The notes beneath the pieces are model-generated. The model made no database searches and was not told the origin of the DNA. It worked only from the letters and a program-made list of their open reading frames with translations. A stretch of 64,000 bases of DNA. Source: Pocillopora damicornis (lineage: Eukaryota). This document shows positions 1 to 13,000 of the stretch, piece after piece; positions within the stretch are counted from its first letter, which is position 1; every line of letters starts with the position of its first letter. Both the position numbers and the translations under genes were made by a program. The stretch is taken from positions 248,001 through 312,000 of the forward strand of contig NW_020846737.1 of the NCBI RefSeq assembly GCF_003704095.1. The letters are read 5' to 3'.

Positions 1-659
1 CACTGGAATGCCTTTGGTCTGGCTAAATCGTAAACTTACGGATGCGACATCTGTAATCCTGGAAAACAACTTCAGCTTTCAAAAGGCTTCCCCCAAAGTG
101 TATGAAATTGCCAAACCTGGGAGGATTTTACTGAGAGTAAAAGCATGGCAGGACTATCTTTCGTTTGAATTAACGTCAGCTTCTCAATGGTGTATTGTTG
201 GCTCTGGAATTTGTTCCTCTTGTGACTCAAACGTTGTAAATGACTTTACAAACAGTACAGGTACCATGTACTGGGGAGGCAGTATTTCAGAAAGTATTAT
301 AATTAATATCTTACATTCGCAGTGGCAAGTCTCTGCTATCGACTCGTTGTTTATATTTGGATACACGAGCTATAAAGAGCGACGAGAAATAACTTCTAAT
401 GGCTACGCCCTGAGCTTTAATGGTACAACTGCTTCAACAGGAATTTTGAATGCTTTTGTCAAAGACTTCACTATTCAACTGTTTGTCAAAGTTCACTCAT
501 CTGGAGGTACAATCCTTTCTTACTCAAATAAATTTACATTTGCCCTAGTGAACGATGTCCGAGTCAAAATCTTCCAAGGTGGAGCTTCGTACGACATGGG
601 AATTACACTACCTTCTGGAACTTGGGTACTAGTGTCTATCGCGTACAGAGCTTCAACAG
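1..659 (+). CDS. Internal exon (5' end outside the window) of the giant VWD/LamG/C8/EGF repeat membrane protein; encodes the end of a VWD and the start of a LamG/pentraxin-like domain
   Basis: Open frame from position 2 with VWD C-terminal motif (GSGICSSCDSNVVNDF) and LamG start (GYALSFNGT...FTIQLFVK) matching the downstream modules. Donor ACAG|gtaaat at 659/660 (phase 1) joins in frame to acceptor ttttcag|GA at 1020/1021. Confidence 0.9.
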
Positions 660-1020
660 GTAAATATACTGGATGTACATATTGCTCGGTCTTTTAGTTC
701 TTCATCCATCATTGAAACTGGATTAAGTTTATGAGATGTTAAGTCGTGCTTGTTGATTGAGCTCAACCTGAACATTAACTACAATGAGAGAAATACATGG
801 TTTTGATTATTTGCTAGTGTTTGTCGGCAAGGGCGTGTAATTACAAATGATCACCTAGATGACAGATTATCACGAGATAACTTTGTACTGACTACTTTTA
901 AATATGAATTCTTGCTTGGTATATTTCTTAGCATTTCAAACATTAACTGTGAGAATTTAATGAATCAAAAAAGGTTCCACTTTTATTGTAATAAAGCCTG
1001 TTTTTTTTATTTGTTTTCAG

Positions 1021-4000
1021 GAGTTCTAACTTACTACCAGCTGAACGCTCAAGGCGACCTTTATTTCAAACAGACATACATTGGCGTAGAAATGTTTACA
1101 TCGGGTGGTACCCTATGGCTTGGTCACTGGCACATAACAAAAGAACATATAACTGGTGTTCCGCTGCAGCCTTTCTTTGGAGTCATTGATGAAGTTCGTA
1201 TCTGGTCTTTTTCACTGGATACCTTGCTTATCCGCCAGAGTTTTCGTCTTGTTATTACAGCAAACCTACCGTCACTGAGTGCCCTTTGGTTGTTTGATGA
1301 AGGTGTAGGTAGAGTAATCGCAAATTTTATATCCAGCTCCCCAAATATGTACCTTCCAGAAGTCATCAGTCGTCGTCCAACGTGGCAGTTCTCCTACGTC
1401 CGTGAAGTGTTTCCATCCATGGTTGTGAGTGCATCTGTGCAGTTTAGTGTTAGCTTTGGACTACTGGCCAAAAAACGATGTTTGGAACTTATTTATCACC
1501 ACCACCTACAAGCTCAATGTGGAAAGCTTTTGTCTGCTGCTGTTACCCAGTTTTACTTTAAGGCCTGTCTTTTTGATGTCCAGTCCTCCAGTTCCCTGGA
1601 CACCGCTTATATCGCACTGATAGCGTACGCTGACTACTGCATGACAGTTCTTCATCTATCCTCATGGCCTGCTCAACGCCTATGTAAACAATTACCTCAA
1701 AGTCTTCCTCGAGGATGGATTGGTCCTGACTGCTCAGTGAAGTGTGTGTTTGGAAGCGCAGACAAAAATAATGCTAGTTTATGTGTGTGCCATCGTGGAT
1801 ACTGGGGCGAGGACTGTGCTAACGAGTGCCCCGGAGGCGGAAATAAACCCTGCAACGATCATGGCAACTGTAACGTCAGAACAGGGTCCTGTGAGTGTGA
1901 TTTGAACTGGCGGGGAAATGGCGACTGCTCTAACTGTACGCCTGGTTGGACAGGATCTGATTGTGCAATAGCTGTGGCAGTAACCCAGTTGCCGACGTGT
2001 TCCGCTTTTCTTGGAGGACATTTTACCAACTTCGACGGTGCTCACTTTAACTTTTTTGGAGTAGGTGAATTTTGGTTTGTGCGAAGCATTCACTTCAATG
2101 GCCAGTTAAGACAAATTCCATGCTATAATGGAGAATCTCGTTGCATAAATGCTGTAGCGTTTTCGTTTCTATCAGGATGGAAGGTGGTAGTCCACGCACC
2201 ATACGAAGAAAGCAAGCAACCTGTTGTTTGGGTAAATGGGAGAGAAGCAGTATATAGTTCAACAAGAATTCAAATTTCCAGCGACGTATTCCTAGAGAAG
2301 ACATCTTCAACTACCTATCTTCTAAGCAGTGTACTAGAGGGTTTTAAATTTCAACTGCGTGTTGTAGGAAGAGGACTCGTAATTGCTGGTCACGTGAACC
2401 AATCCTTTTGTAACGGCACAAACGTGCTGTGTGGAAACTGCGACGGCAACAGGGATAACGACTTCAATGTGACAGCTGGGTCTTCTCTTGAAGAAATTTG
2501 GAGAGTTTCTATGGAGGAAAGCCTCTTTATCTATCACGATACAGGTTATAAGGAAGAACGAGCTGTAACAGGTGCTGAGTACGCTTTAATGTTCAATGGT
2601 GTCGGCGTCTGTAGCGATCTCATGCCTGATGTCTTAAACGCTTCCTCCATCACAATGGAACTTCTCTTCAAAATGTATTCTGAACCAAAAGTGGGAGGTG
2701 TCCTCTTAACATACAGCAAAGCGATATCACTTACACTGTTTATCGAAGGGACCCTTAAAGTACGGATAGGAATAGAAATTTGGGATACCGGACTTTCTCC
2801 ACAAGTTGACTCTTGGAACCAAGTTACTATTGTCTACTATAACACCACTGGAGCAGTTTACATTTACCACATAAACTCCATAGGTGTTGTTCGTTTAGCT
2901 ACACGAACTATGACTGCAGGAATAATCAACAGAGGAAGCATAATTTCCATTGGACAATGGATACCATCTCTGGAAATCAACACCAAAGAAAGCGATAGTC
3001 TGCCAGGTTTTGTTGGAGTGATTGATGAAGTACGCTTCTGGAACCGTGAATTCAGCCTGCAAGATGTCACAACAAGCTGGAGGGTGAACGTCCTTTCCAA
3101 TGCACGGTACCTTGTAATTTTGTGGAAGTTCAATGAAGGTCAAAGTGGTGTCATACACGACTTGATAAGCAGAGTTCACTTGTACATTCCATCCATTCGC
3201 GAGGCTCCACGATGGGTTTTCAGTTACGCTGACATCAAAGTTCTACCTGTTACCCCTGAGATTACGTTCAGTACGAGCAAGGTAAGAGTTGAAGCAGAGT
3301 CTTGGTGCCACACGCACATCCAAAACTCACCTCTGGGCATCGCGTGTGGTGGTCTTGGTGGTGGAACAGTGGCCTTCTACGTCAGGGCATGTTTACGAGT
3401 AATTGCCTCGGGTAAACAGGTGTCTCTTGGAATAAGTGTTGTGGTGGCTTTTGCAGACACCTGTGAGATCCAAGCTAACCTTACCATTTGGCCAGCAAGG
3501 CAGATGTGTACATATGAAGTATTCAGGAACTCAAGGCTCATGAACTGGATAGGATTAGATTGCAATATCCCTTGCCCCTATGGTTACCAGCCCCTTGGAC
3601 TGTATGGAAGCTGTCAGTGTGATTCAGGCTTCTGGGGACAGACCTGTAATGGTGTATGCCCCGGTGGACTTGTGAACGTTTGTAGTGGACATGGAAATTG
3701 TATAGATAGTAATGGAATATGCAAGTGTAAACGGAGATGGCAAGGAGCACTTGACTGCAGCCAATGCACACCTGGTTTCTTTGGAAAAGACTGTTCGGTA
3801 GCCGTTGCACCACCTATAACGGAGCTCCCAGTAACATCAGTTTTCGGGACTGGCTATATTGTGACCTTAGATGGTATCAAGATCAATGTCAACGTTGCTG
3901 GTGAATTCAGAGTGCTAGCTCTGTCTCGCTATGGACTAAGCATCCAGTTTCGACAGGTACGAATCGGAAGTTATGTACGAGTAAGGTGCGTGATAGTGGT

Positions 4001-7000
4001 GGTACAACAGGATGTGCTAGCTATCCACAGCAGTGTCGGAGTTGCTGGCCAAGTTTTGGTGACGCTGAATGGTCTACCCATAAGTCAAAATAGCTTAGTT
4101 TCATTAGGAGTTTCAGGATTTGAGTTTCGACGAACGTCGCTTAACACTTACGTGATGGTTGGTCCAGAAGGCTTCAACTTTGTCATTAATTCCCTTGCCA
4201 TTCACTTTGATGTATCCATAACCATGAATAAAGATTTGTGCCAGGAAACCTGTGGTCTCCTTGGCAGGTGTCATATTCCAGGATCACGTGTTCCACCATC
4301 AAACTGTACCGCTGGAGGAATATTGGATACTCAAGAAGTGTCAAACATAACTCAAGAACTCTTGATTTCCTATGTGAATTCATGGGCTGTTCCACAAAAC
4401 GAAAGTTCCTTTGGTCCCATACTGAACATTTCTGGTGAACCTCAACTTAGTAGTGTTGCAGGGAGCTGTCTCTACTTCAACGGTACATCAGTGATCAGCG
4501 CACCACTGCTCAACACTTTTGTCGGAAATTATATAACAATCCAGTTCTTTGTTAAAGCCAAGAATCCAGATGTTTACACTGGGACCATTATCTCATATGC
4601 ACTCAATGAAACATTTGCAATAGCTGTAAACAAAACAATACACATTTACTTTGGCACCACCGTCATTGACACTCAACTTGTACTTGAAAGAGAACTTTGG
4701 AATCACATATCTTTCGTCTACATGCGGAGTTCAGGTCAAGTGCAGTTCTATCTCGTTAACTCCATCGGCATCATACAATCAAAAGTATTCCTCGTTGGTG
4801 TAGGGATATTTGCGGATGGTGGTACCCTAGCCCTGGCTCTTTGGCAGGTGACTAAAGTATCGCTCTCTCTGCCTGGCTTTGTGGGCTGGATAGACGAGCT
4901 GAGCTTTTGGAATAAGCGATTTGATTCAGTCACCATACTACAAACTTGGAATTCTAACCTGCAATCAGGAACACCGGGAATTGCACTCTTATGGAAGTTT
5001 AATGAAGGAAGTGGATTTATTTGTCGGGCTACTGTAGGATCTCTTAATTTTGGCCTTCCTACCCCTCCCTGGAAGAGCCCACTTTGGTACCCTTCAGATG
5101 CTATTAAAGAAGCCAATGTTTTCATCACGTCTGATCTCTCTGAAAAAGAACCAGACAAGTCGACGCAAGATCTATGTTCAGATGTTTTCCTGAAAGGCCC
5201 GCTTCTGAATGAGTGTGCTAATGTGACTGGAGGGTCCAAATTTTACTACGAAGCTTGCGTATCCGAAGTGTCTACATCAGGAACACCTGAATCAGCTCTT
5301 ATGATAGCAACTAACTTTGCAAAAGAATGCCAGGCAGCCTTGAACTTGTCGAGTTTGCCAGGAAAAGGACTTTGTAATGTCATACCGGGTGGACGCTATA
5401 ATGACTGGGTTGGGGTAAACTGTACCACAAAGTGCGAGGTTGGATGGTTCACTGATGGCGATTGCAAATGTGACAATGGATACTGGGGAATAAATTGTTC
5501 AAGAGAGTGCCCTGGAGGAGCAGCAAACCCCTGTTATGGAAATGGGAAGTGCGATATTAGGAGCGGTAAATGTAACTGTCACCCAAATTGGGATGAAAGT
5601 GAAAATTGTTTTAAATGCGCTCCTGGCTGGATCGGAAAATCATGTTCAGTGGCAGTGTCAACAACAGAATCATCCGTGACTGGTCAGACGTCTAAAGTAT
5701 GTACAATATTAGAGAGAGGCTATGTTACCGGATTTGATGGCTCACTCTTTACATTCACAACATTAGGAGAGTTCATAATGATCAATTCTTCCATTCTTCA
5801 AGCGCAAGTTCGACAAGTACCATGCGAGAAGAGCTCCGTCTGTTTAAATGCCATTGGTGTGAGGTTCAATGACTTAACAATTAGCGTCCACGCGGCCTAC
5901 GAGAGTGATTCATTTCCAGTGGTGTATGTAAACGAAGAACTTACAAAAGTAGGCGGAGAGCCCTCTAAAGATATGCTCAAAAATAATATTAGCATTCAAC
6001 CAATTTCCAGGTCTGCCTACAGGATTGTTGTCTCACACTATTTGTCTATACAAACAGTATTCTCAGATCGTTACATGAGTGTGGAGTCAACAGTGACGTC
6101 TAATTTTTGTCAGCTTGTCGATGGTTTATGTGGCTCCTGTGCTAAACTACGTGTCGGTCAAAATGCAACTCAGGGAAGTGGTGGTTCTGTCACTTCGATA
6201 AATAGACCAACGACTGTTTTGGAGGAGCTTGGTAAACCAAATGCCACAAGTGATAACGTTAATGAATTTGTAACAAAAGTGTTTCCAGTTCAAGATCCCA
6301 TTATAGTCATCGATGCAGAAATGCACAAAGAAACGCGGGTTGTTTACGGAGGTTTGTACAGTCTGTACTACCGTTTTACTGCTGTGGCCACTCAAACAGT
6401 TGTCAAACTCTTTTTGAGTCAAACGTTGACCTTCCAGCTCTTAGTTAAATCATGCAATCCCCAAATATGTGGAGGAACAGTAATCTCCTACACATCGAAT
6501 GTCACGTTTTACATCAGCAACTATGTAACAGTGAGGGTGGTTATTGGATTAGACGTCTTTGACACTGGTATCGCAACCGAAGCAGATGTGTGGAATCAAA
6601 TTACCCTTGTATTTGTCCGTGAGAAACTTCAACTCTTTGTTTTCGTCACATTTTCATCTGGACTTGTGCAAGTGCGAAAGTTTAGTTTTACTATCGACCC
6701 TTTTATAAGTGCAGGAACATTTGCTATAGGTATGTGGCAACCGGCCTCAGGATCAATTAGCGTTCAGCCAACCAATGTCTTCCTTGGTCAAATAGATGAG
6801 GTAAGCGTGTGGGAGAGACCCTTCGATTATGCATTGGTTGAACAAAGCTGGCGATCAAATATTCAACTGGGTGCCCCATCGCTCACAAATTTGTGGAAAT
6901 TCAACGAGGGCAAGAATTCCATTGTTAAAGACCTAGTGGCTGATGTTGCTCTACTCTTCCCGAGGTATCCATTAGGTAAACCAGAATGGGTTTTCTCCGA

Positions 7001-10000
7001 TGCTCCCATCACATCCGTTGTCACAGTGAACCCAAATGAAGATAATGCCACTCTACATACAATCGCCATCAAGGTTTGTTTCGAGTTCATATATGAGGGA
7101 CCAATCCATTCAGCTTGTAATGCCTTAGGCAATGTCACTCTAGAATTTTACCTCCGTGCTTGTGTTCAAGCAGTAGTGGACACCGGATTGACTGTTGAAT
7201 CCATTGATGTCGTAATAACAATCGCAGATTATTGCCAAAAAATATTTGGTTTGCCTTATTGGCCAGCTCAGTCTTTGTGTAACAAGTTTCCTGGAAAGCG
7301 TTTTCCCAACTGGATGGGAAAGAACTGTACCATCCCTTGCATTTTTGGTCAAGCTGCTAACGAAAGTGAAGTCTGTGTATGTGATCCTGGATTTTATGGC
7401 ACGAACTGCTCAGGCATCTGCCCAGGAGGAAAAGGGAATGCATGTAACAATCATGGAGTCTGCGATGTCGTGACTGGCAAGTGTTCTTGTGAGCTTAATT
7501 GGCAAGGTAATGAAAACTGTTCCACTTGTGCTCGAGGTTGGGCTGGAACAGACTGCTCAATCGCAGTCACTCAGTGGCCATCCGGCAGTGTCATAATAGG
7601 CATTGGTGCAGTATCGCTTGGCGGGCAATTTACGTCACTCAGTGGTGTCAGCTACAGCTTGCAAGTGACCGGGGAGTACTATCTTATTTACTCCATACAT
7701 CTCTCTGTAAATGTGCAAATTCGCCTAGTATCTTGCACTCAACAAGAGTCGTGTATTAATTCTATTGCACTGCAAATTGCCTCTTATAAAGTAGTTTTGC
7801 ATGGACCGTACAGCTCTGGGGGAAGCCTGATCGTCTGGTTAAACGGAAAAGTTATCGATATAGATTTGCATCCAATCACTCTCGACGTCTACGGTTTTAC
7901 TGTCAGCAAAATCACAGCTCACCTGTGGGAAGTGAAATATGCTGGTTTGTACCTAAAAATACGCGTGACTGGGCGCTTTCTAAGCGTTAGTGTTGAGGCA
8001 TCGGGTTTGGTTTGCAAGTCATCCATCGGACTACTAGGCTCCTGTAACCAGGGACTCCTACAATCGCTTTTGTCGTATTATCCGACTAAAAATTGTTCTG
8101 AAGAAGGCTTTATGTTCAACGTAAGCGGGAACCATTCAAATGTGTTTAGGCAAGGAAGTGATATTCTGAGAGAAAAGAACGCTTCTGATACCAAGGCAAA
8201 GACTCAAGATATCATTAGCACTCTTATAACTACTAAGCTAAAGGTGAAGAAATGCCATAGTTTGTTCGAGTACAAGTATAAGGAGATCGTAGAATATCGA
8301 GAGGCGAATGCAGGATATGCACTTTACTTCGACCACACTACTGTTGTGACAGATGTAATCTACAAGGCATTTTCCTTCACAGACATTACAGTTAAGATCA
8401 TGTTTAAAACGGTGCGTTACGGGGTGATAATATCCTATACCATGAGGAAGACATTTTTCGTAACAAACACGGGTGGAAAGTTCACCATCTTCTACGGAGA
8501 GAATGTTTACCATACAAACATAGTTGCAGAGCGTAATAAATGGAACCAGGTCAGTCTGGTGTTCAGAAAATCCACTACAGTCTTGCAATTTTACTACTTT
8601 TCTTCTGGAGGCCAGTTACATCGCCTCGACATAAACGTTGGATTTGATATCTTTACACCAGGAGGAACAATTGCTTTGGCTGGTTGGATGCCATCTCTCG
8701 ACGGATCTGGAATTCAACCAACTGATTTCTTTGCTGGATTCATAGATGAAGTTCGCATATGGACACGCTATTTCCATCCTGCGTTCATACTGCAAACTTG
8801 GAACAGATCGGTAAGCGTAAATGCCCAAGACCTCGCGCACGCATGGAAATTTAACGAAGGAGAAGGAATTGCAGCTGTTGATAAAGTAACTGGTATGAAG
8901 CTAGTCCTTCCTTTTAAGCCTTGGAGAAAACCCGAATGGAGATATTCTGATGTAGAATTACAGCTGCCCTTCTACGATAGACCACTAGATTTCAGTTTTA
9001 CGAACAAAACTCTGCAAGTAGCCGCAGAACTTTTCTGCAATAGAACACTACTAATGGGCACATTACATTCGCATTGTAAATCCTTGGGACCTGGCGTTTC
9101 TACCTTCTACTTCAGGTCCTGCCTCCAAAGAATCGCAACTTCTGAGTCCTTGTACATGTCTATGGAAGTGATTATAGCGTATGCCGATTATTGTCAAGCA
9201 TTCAACAACTTAACAGTCTGGCCAGCGAAACATCTTTGCAATGAATTTCCTGGAAGAGAATTTCCCATTTGGTTCGGAGAGCGATGCGAAAGAAAGTGTA
9301 TCTTCGGTAAGAAGCTGGCCTCTGAGACATGCGTATGCTACCACGGCTACTGGGGACTGGAATGCTCAAACACCTGCCCTGGCGGAGCTGCGAACCCATG
9401 TAACAACAACGGAATGTGTAATGTCATCACGGGAGAGTGTGAATGTAATGTTAATTACAATGGAACGCAGGACTGTGGCAAATGTTCTCCAGGGTGGCAT
9501 GGCTTTGATTGTTCCTTGGCTCTTGTATCACTCAACTTGAACCGTCATATCTCCATCGGCATGTCATCGACTGGCGGCCATTATGTCTCGTTTGATGGCT
9601 ACAGCTTTACTCTTGTGTCCCTGGGTCAATTTTATCTGATGAATCTACCTGACCTGTCATTCCAGATTCAAGTTCGCCATGTCCCCTGCAGACAACAGAC
9701 GGTTTGTGTGAATGCCATTGGAATACGGATTACGTCGACTGTTGTTTCTTTTCACGCTCCTTACACTACCGGTGGAGCTCCAGTAATCTGGGTCAATGGA
9801 AAGCTTCTACTTCTTTCAGGATTGATTTCTACACTAGGATCACCACACCTTGGCATCCTACTGAAGTACAATGGGCGCAACTACTATCAAATTATTTGGA
9901 AAGACAATTTTGCCATGGCCATTCGAATTCATGGTCGATACTTGAGTTTTAAAGTCGACGTCACGTCTGCTTATTGCTATAACTCTACAGGCTTACTTGG

Positions 10001-13000
10001 ATCCTGCGATAACGAGCCCGACAACGATCTCAAAGTTAGCTCCAATGGAAGTATCATACCAGCAAATGTCACTCAGCCCGTCTTAAATACAGAAATTGGA
10101 AGTCATGCCATTGTGTATGACAAAGACAGTTTGATCGTTCTTAAATATGAGCATTACCACGAAACACGACTACCAACTGGAGGTATGTATGCCCTTCTGT
10201 TTAATAAGACAGGGGCCTCATCGAAACCACTGATAAAAACATTCAACCTCAATGTAGATATAACGCTTGAAATTCTACTGAAGCCGTACCAATTCAGTGG
10301 AACAATCTTCTCTTATGCAGTCTTACAAACGTTTGCAGTTTTGATTGAAAGTTCACTTAGAATTCACTTTGGAAAAGCGATCATTGATACGGGCGTGAAT
10401 GTGACTATCAACCAGTGGAGCCACGTATCACTTGTTTGGTACCACAAGTCTCGAGTGCTAGAGTTTTATCACTTCAACTTTAAGGGGAAAGTGCAACGAC
10501 GATCCTACGTGCTCCCGTCAAACCCATTTCTACCAGGCGGTATTCTTTCCCTCGGACAATGGGAGCTGTCTCCTGGAGACAGCGAAACTCATACGGTCGC
10601 ATCTTTTGTTGGCACCATTGACGAGATCCGTGTATGGAAGCGGGCCTTTAATCCTGCATTTATACTTCAGAACTGGCGAATGAATGTTGTCCCCACTCAT
10701 CCTGACCTCACTGGGCTTTGGAAAATGAACGAAGGTGAAAGTGACGTCATAATGAACCTTGTGACCGACGAACACATCTATCTACCGAGATCACCATGGC
10801 AACAGCCACACTGGGTATTTTCTGATGCTGACATCAACACGAACTTAACATCATCCGATAAACCGTTCGAAATGCACTTTCTCAATAAGACGTTAGAGAA
10901 GATGGCAAAGGCCTTCTGTTTCGAGCTGTTCTACAAGAGTACACTTCATGATCAGTGCCACGGCCAGTTAAAATCTGAGCTGGAATTTCATTACCTTGTT
11001 TGCTTGATAGACATTGCAACAACCGACGACATCAGTGCAGCCCTGACAGTTATAGTTACCTTCGCTGATCACTGTCAAGCTGTCTTGAACTATAGTACCT
11101 GGCCAGCTCAGCCACTATGCAATAAGTTCCCTGGATCCCACTTCCCCCTATGGATTGGAGACAGATGCGACATAAAATGCGTCTTTGGTGCTGCGGATCC
11201 TGATGATCGTAACCTATGCATCTGTATGGAAGGCTACTGGGGAAGCGATTGTTCACAGATATGTCCAGGTGGACTGCTAAATATTTGTGGAGGACACGGT
11301 TGGTGTGACAGTTCAACTGGACAATGTCAGTGCCAAGTGAACTGGAGAGGAAACGAAAATTGTAGTAGCTGTAGTCCAGGATGGAATGGAACTGATTGTC
11401 AATTTGCCGTGGAGCTTGTCACTAGTATAACATCACAAACAGTCTTAGTTGCAGCAATCGGAGGAAATGGCTACTTTACAACATTTTTTGGCGTCAGTTT
11501 TACCTACAGAGTGGTAGGTGAGTTCTATTTACTTCGGTCTGCTTCCCAAAATTTCGTCATCCAGCTTCGACAAGCACCATGTCCAATCGATGGCAGTTAC
11601 ATCCCGCTTTGCACAACTGGTTTCTCGTTTAGTCTGAATAATAATGTCATTGCCATCCGCGCGCCAGTTGCTACGTTTTCAAGAACTTTTCCAATCTTTC
11701 CTCTCATTTGGTTGAATGGAAATTTGGTACAAGTTGACCACAGGACGCAACTATCAGTGGACTTTGTCATGTTGCGTATCTCCACGGTTGCATTTGAGAT
11801 CTACGGTCCAAACGGTGTGAAATTTGGTTTAACTGTGGGACATAGTCTTTCTGTAACTATTCACCTGCCAGCCATATACTGTCGAAACTCCACAGGCCTT
11901 CTTGGCGCATGCACAGGCGTCTCCTTTAACAACTCGAACAGTCTTGAATCGTACATCACCTCTCTGAAGCGTAATTCAGTAGTTGACAAGTCACAAACAT
12001 TGTTTATTTACAAGTACCTGCATTACTCTGAATACCGAAGTCCATCTGGTGCAGGATTTAATCTATTTTTCAGGGATCACTCGGTGCGCTCAGGCCCCCT
12101 ACAATTACCTCCTGTTGATGTGCTAACAATTGAACTGCTTATAAAAACCCACCAAACAGGAGGAATCATCTTCTCGTATTTAAGCCAAAACATCTTTGCT
12201 GTCATCGACAATACAACACTAGAAATTATCTACAATGGCTCTGTTTTTGACACTGGGCTTAAACTGGAGATCAAACAGTGGAATCAACTCACAATTGTCT
12301 TAAAACAACTCGTTGGGACTCTCTACTTCTACCACGTCAGCTCCTCTGGGGCAGTTAAAGTCCGCGTATTTAAGTTGGATGGAAACGTTTTCTCAAACGG
12401 CGGTGTCTTGGCACTGGGACAGTGGCAGCCATCACCCAGCTCGGACAGCATGCTTCCTCAGTCAAGTTTTGTTGGTGAGATCGACGAGTTTCGTATCTGG
12501 AAGCGACGGACGAACTCAGACCTCGTGAAAAGTAATTGGAGATTGAATGTTCAGGCTGGCATTTACCCTGATCTGCTTCACCTTTGGAAGTTCAACCAGG
12601 CTAACGGAAGGGTAATTCCTGACATACTTGGAAAAAATGATCTCTTCCTGACAAAGTTTCATGAGCCACAGTGGACGTTCTCAGATGCTGATATTCCTCG
12701 CTTGAACCCGGAAGAAACAACTTTTGTCAACTTAAGCTTGCAGCGAGATGCAGAATCCTTCTGTTTTAGCCTCATTCTCAGTGGACCGCTGTATGCTAAT
12801 TGCGAAGATCTCAGTATTCAAGTAGCACAGTTTTACTACAAAGTGTGCCTGCACGACATTTCGCTGTCGTCAAAGTTACGTTCGGCCGTTTATGCCGTGG
12901 TCACATTCGCCGACTACTGCCAGAACACCCTCAACCTAAGCGAGTGGCCAGGAAAAGAACTTTGTCATCACTTTGTCGACCAAAGATTTCCCTACTGGAT

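Noticed and set aside
912-1020. ORF-track start of the 4840-aa ORF (MLGIFLSIS...), which resembles a signal peptide
   Set aside because: It lies inside the intron 660-1020 (TTG start, polypyrimidine tract and AG at 1020); the real frame continues from the upstream exon.
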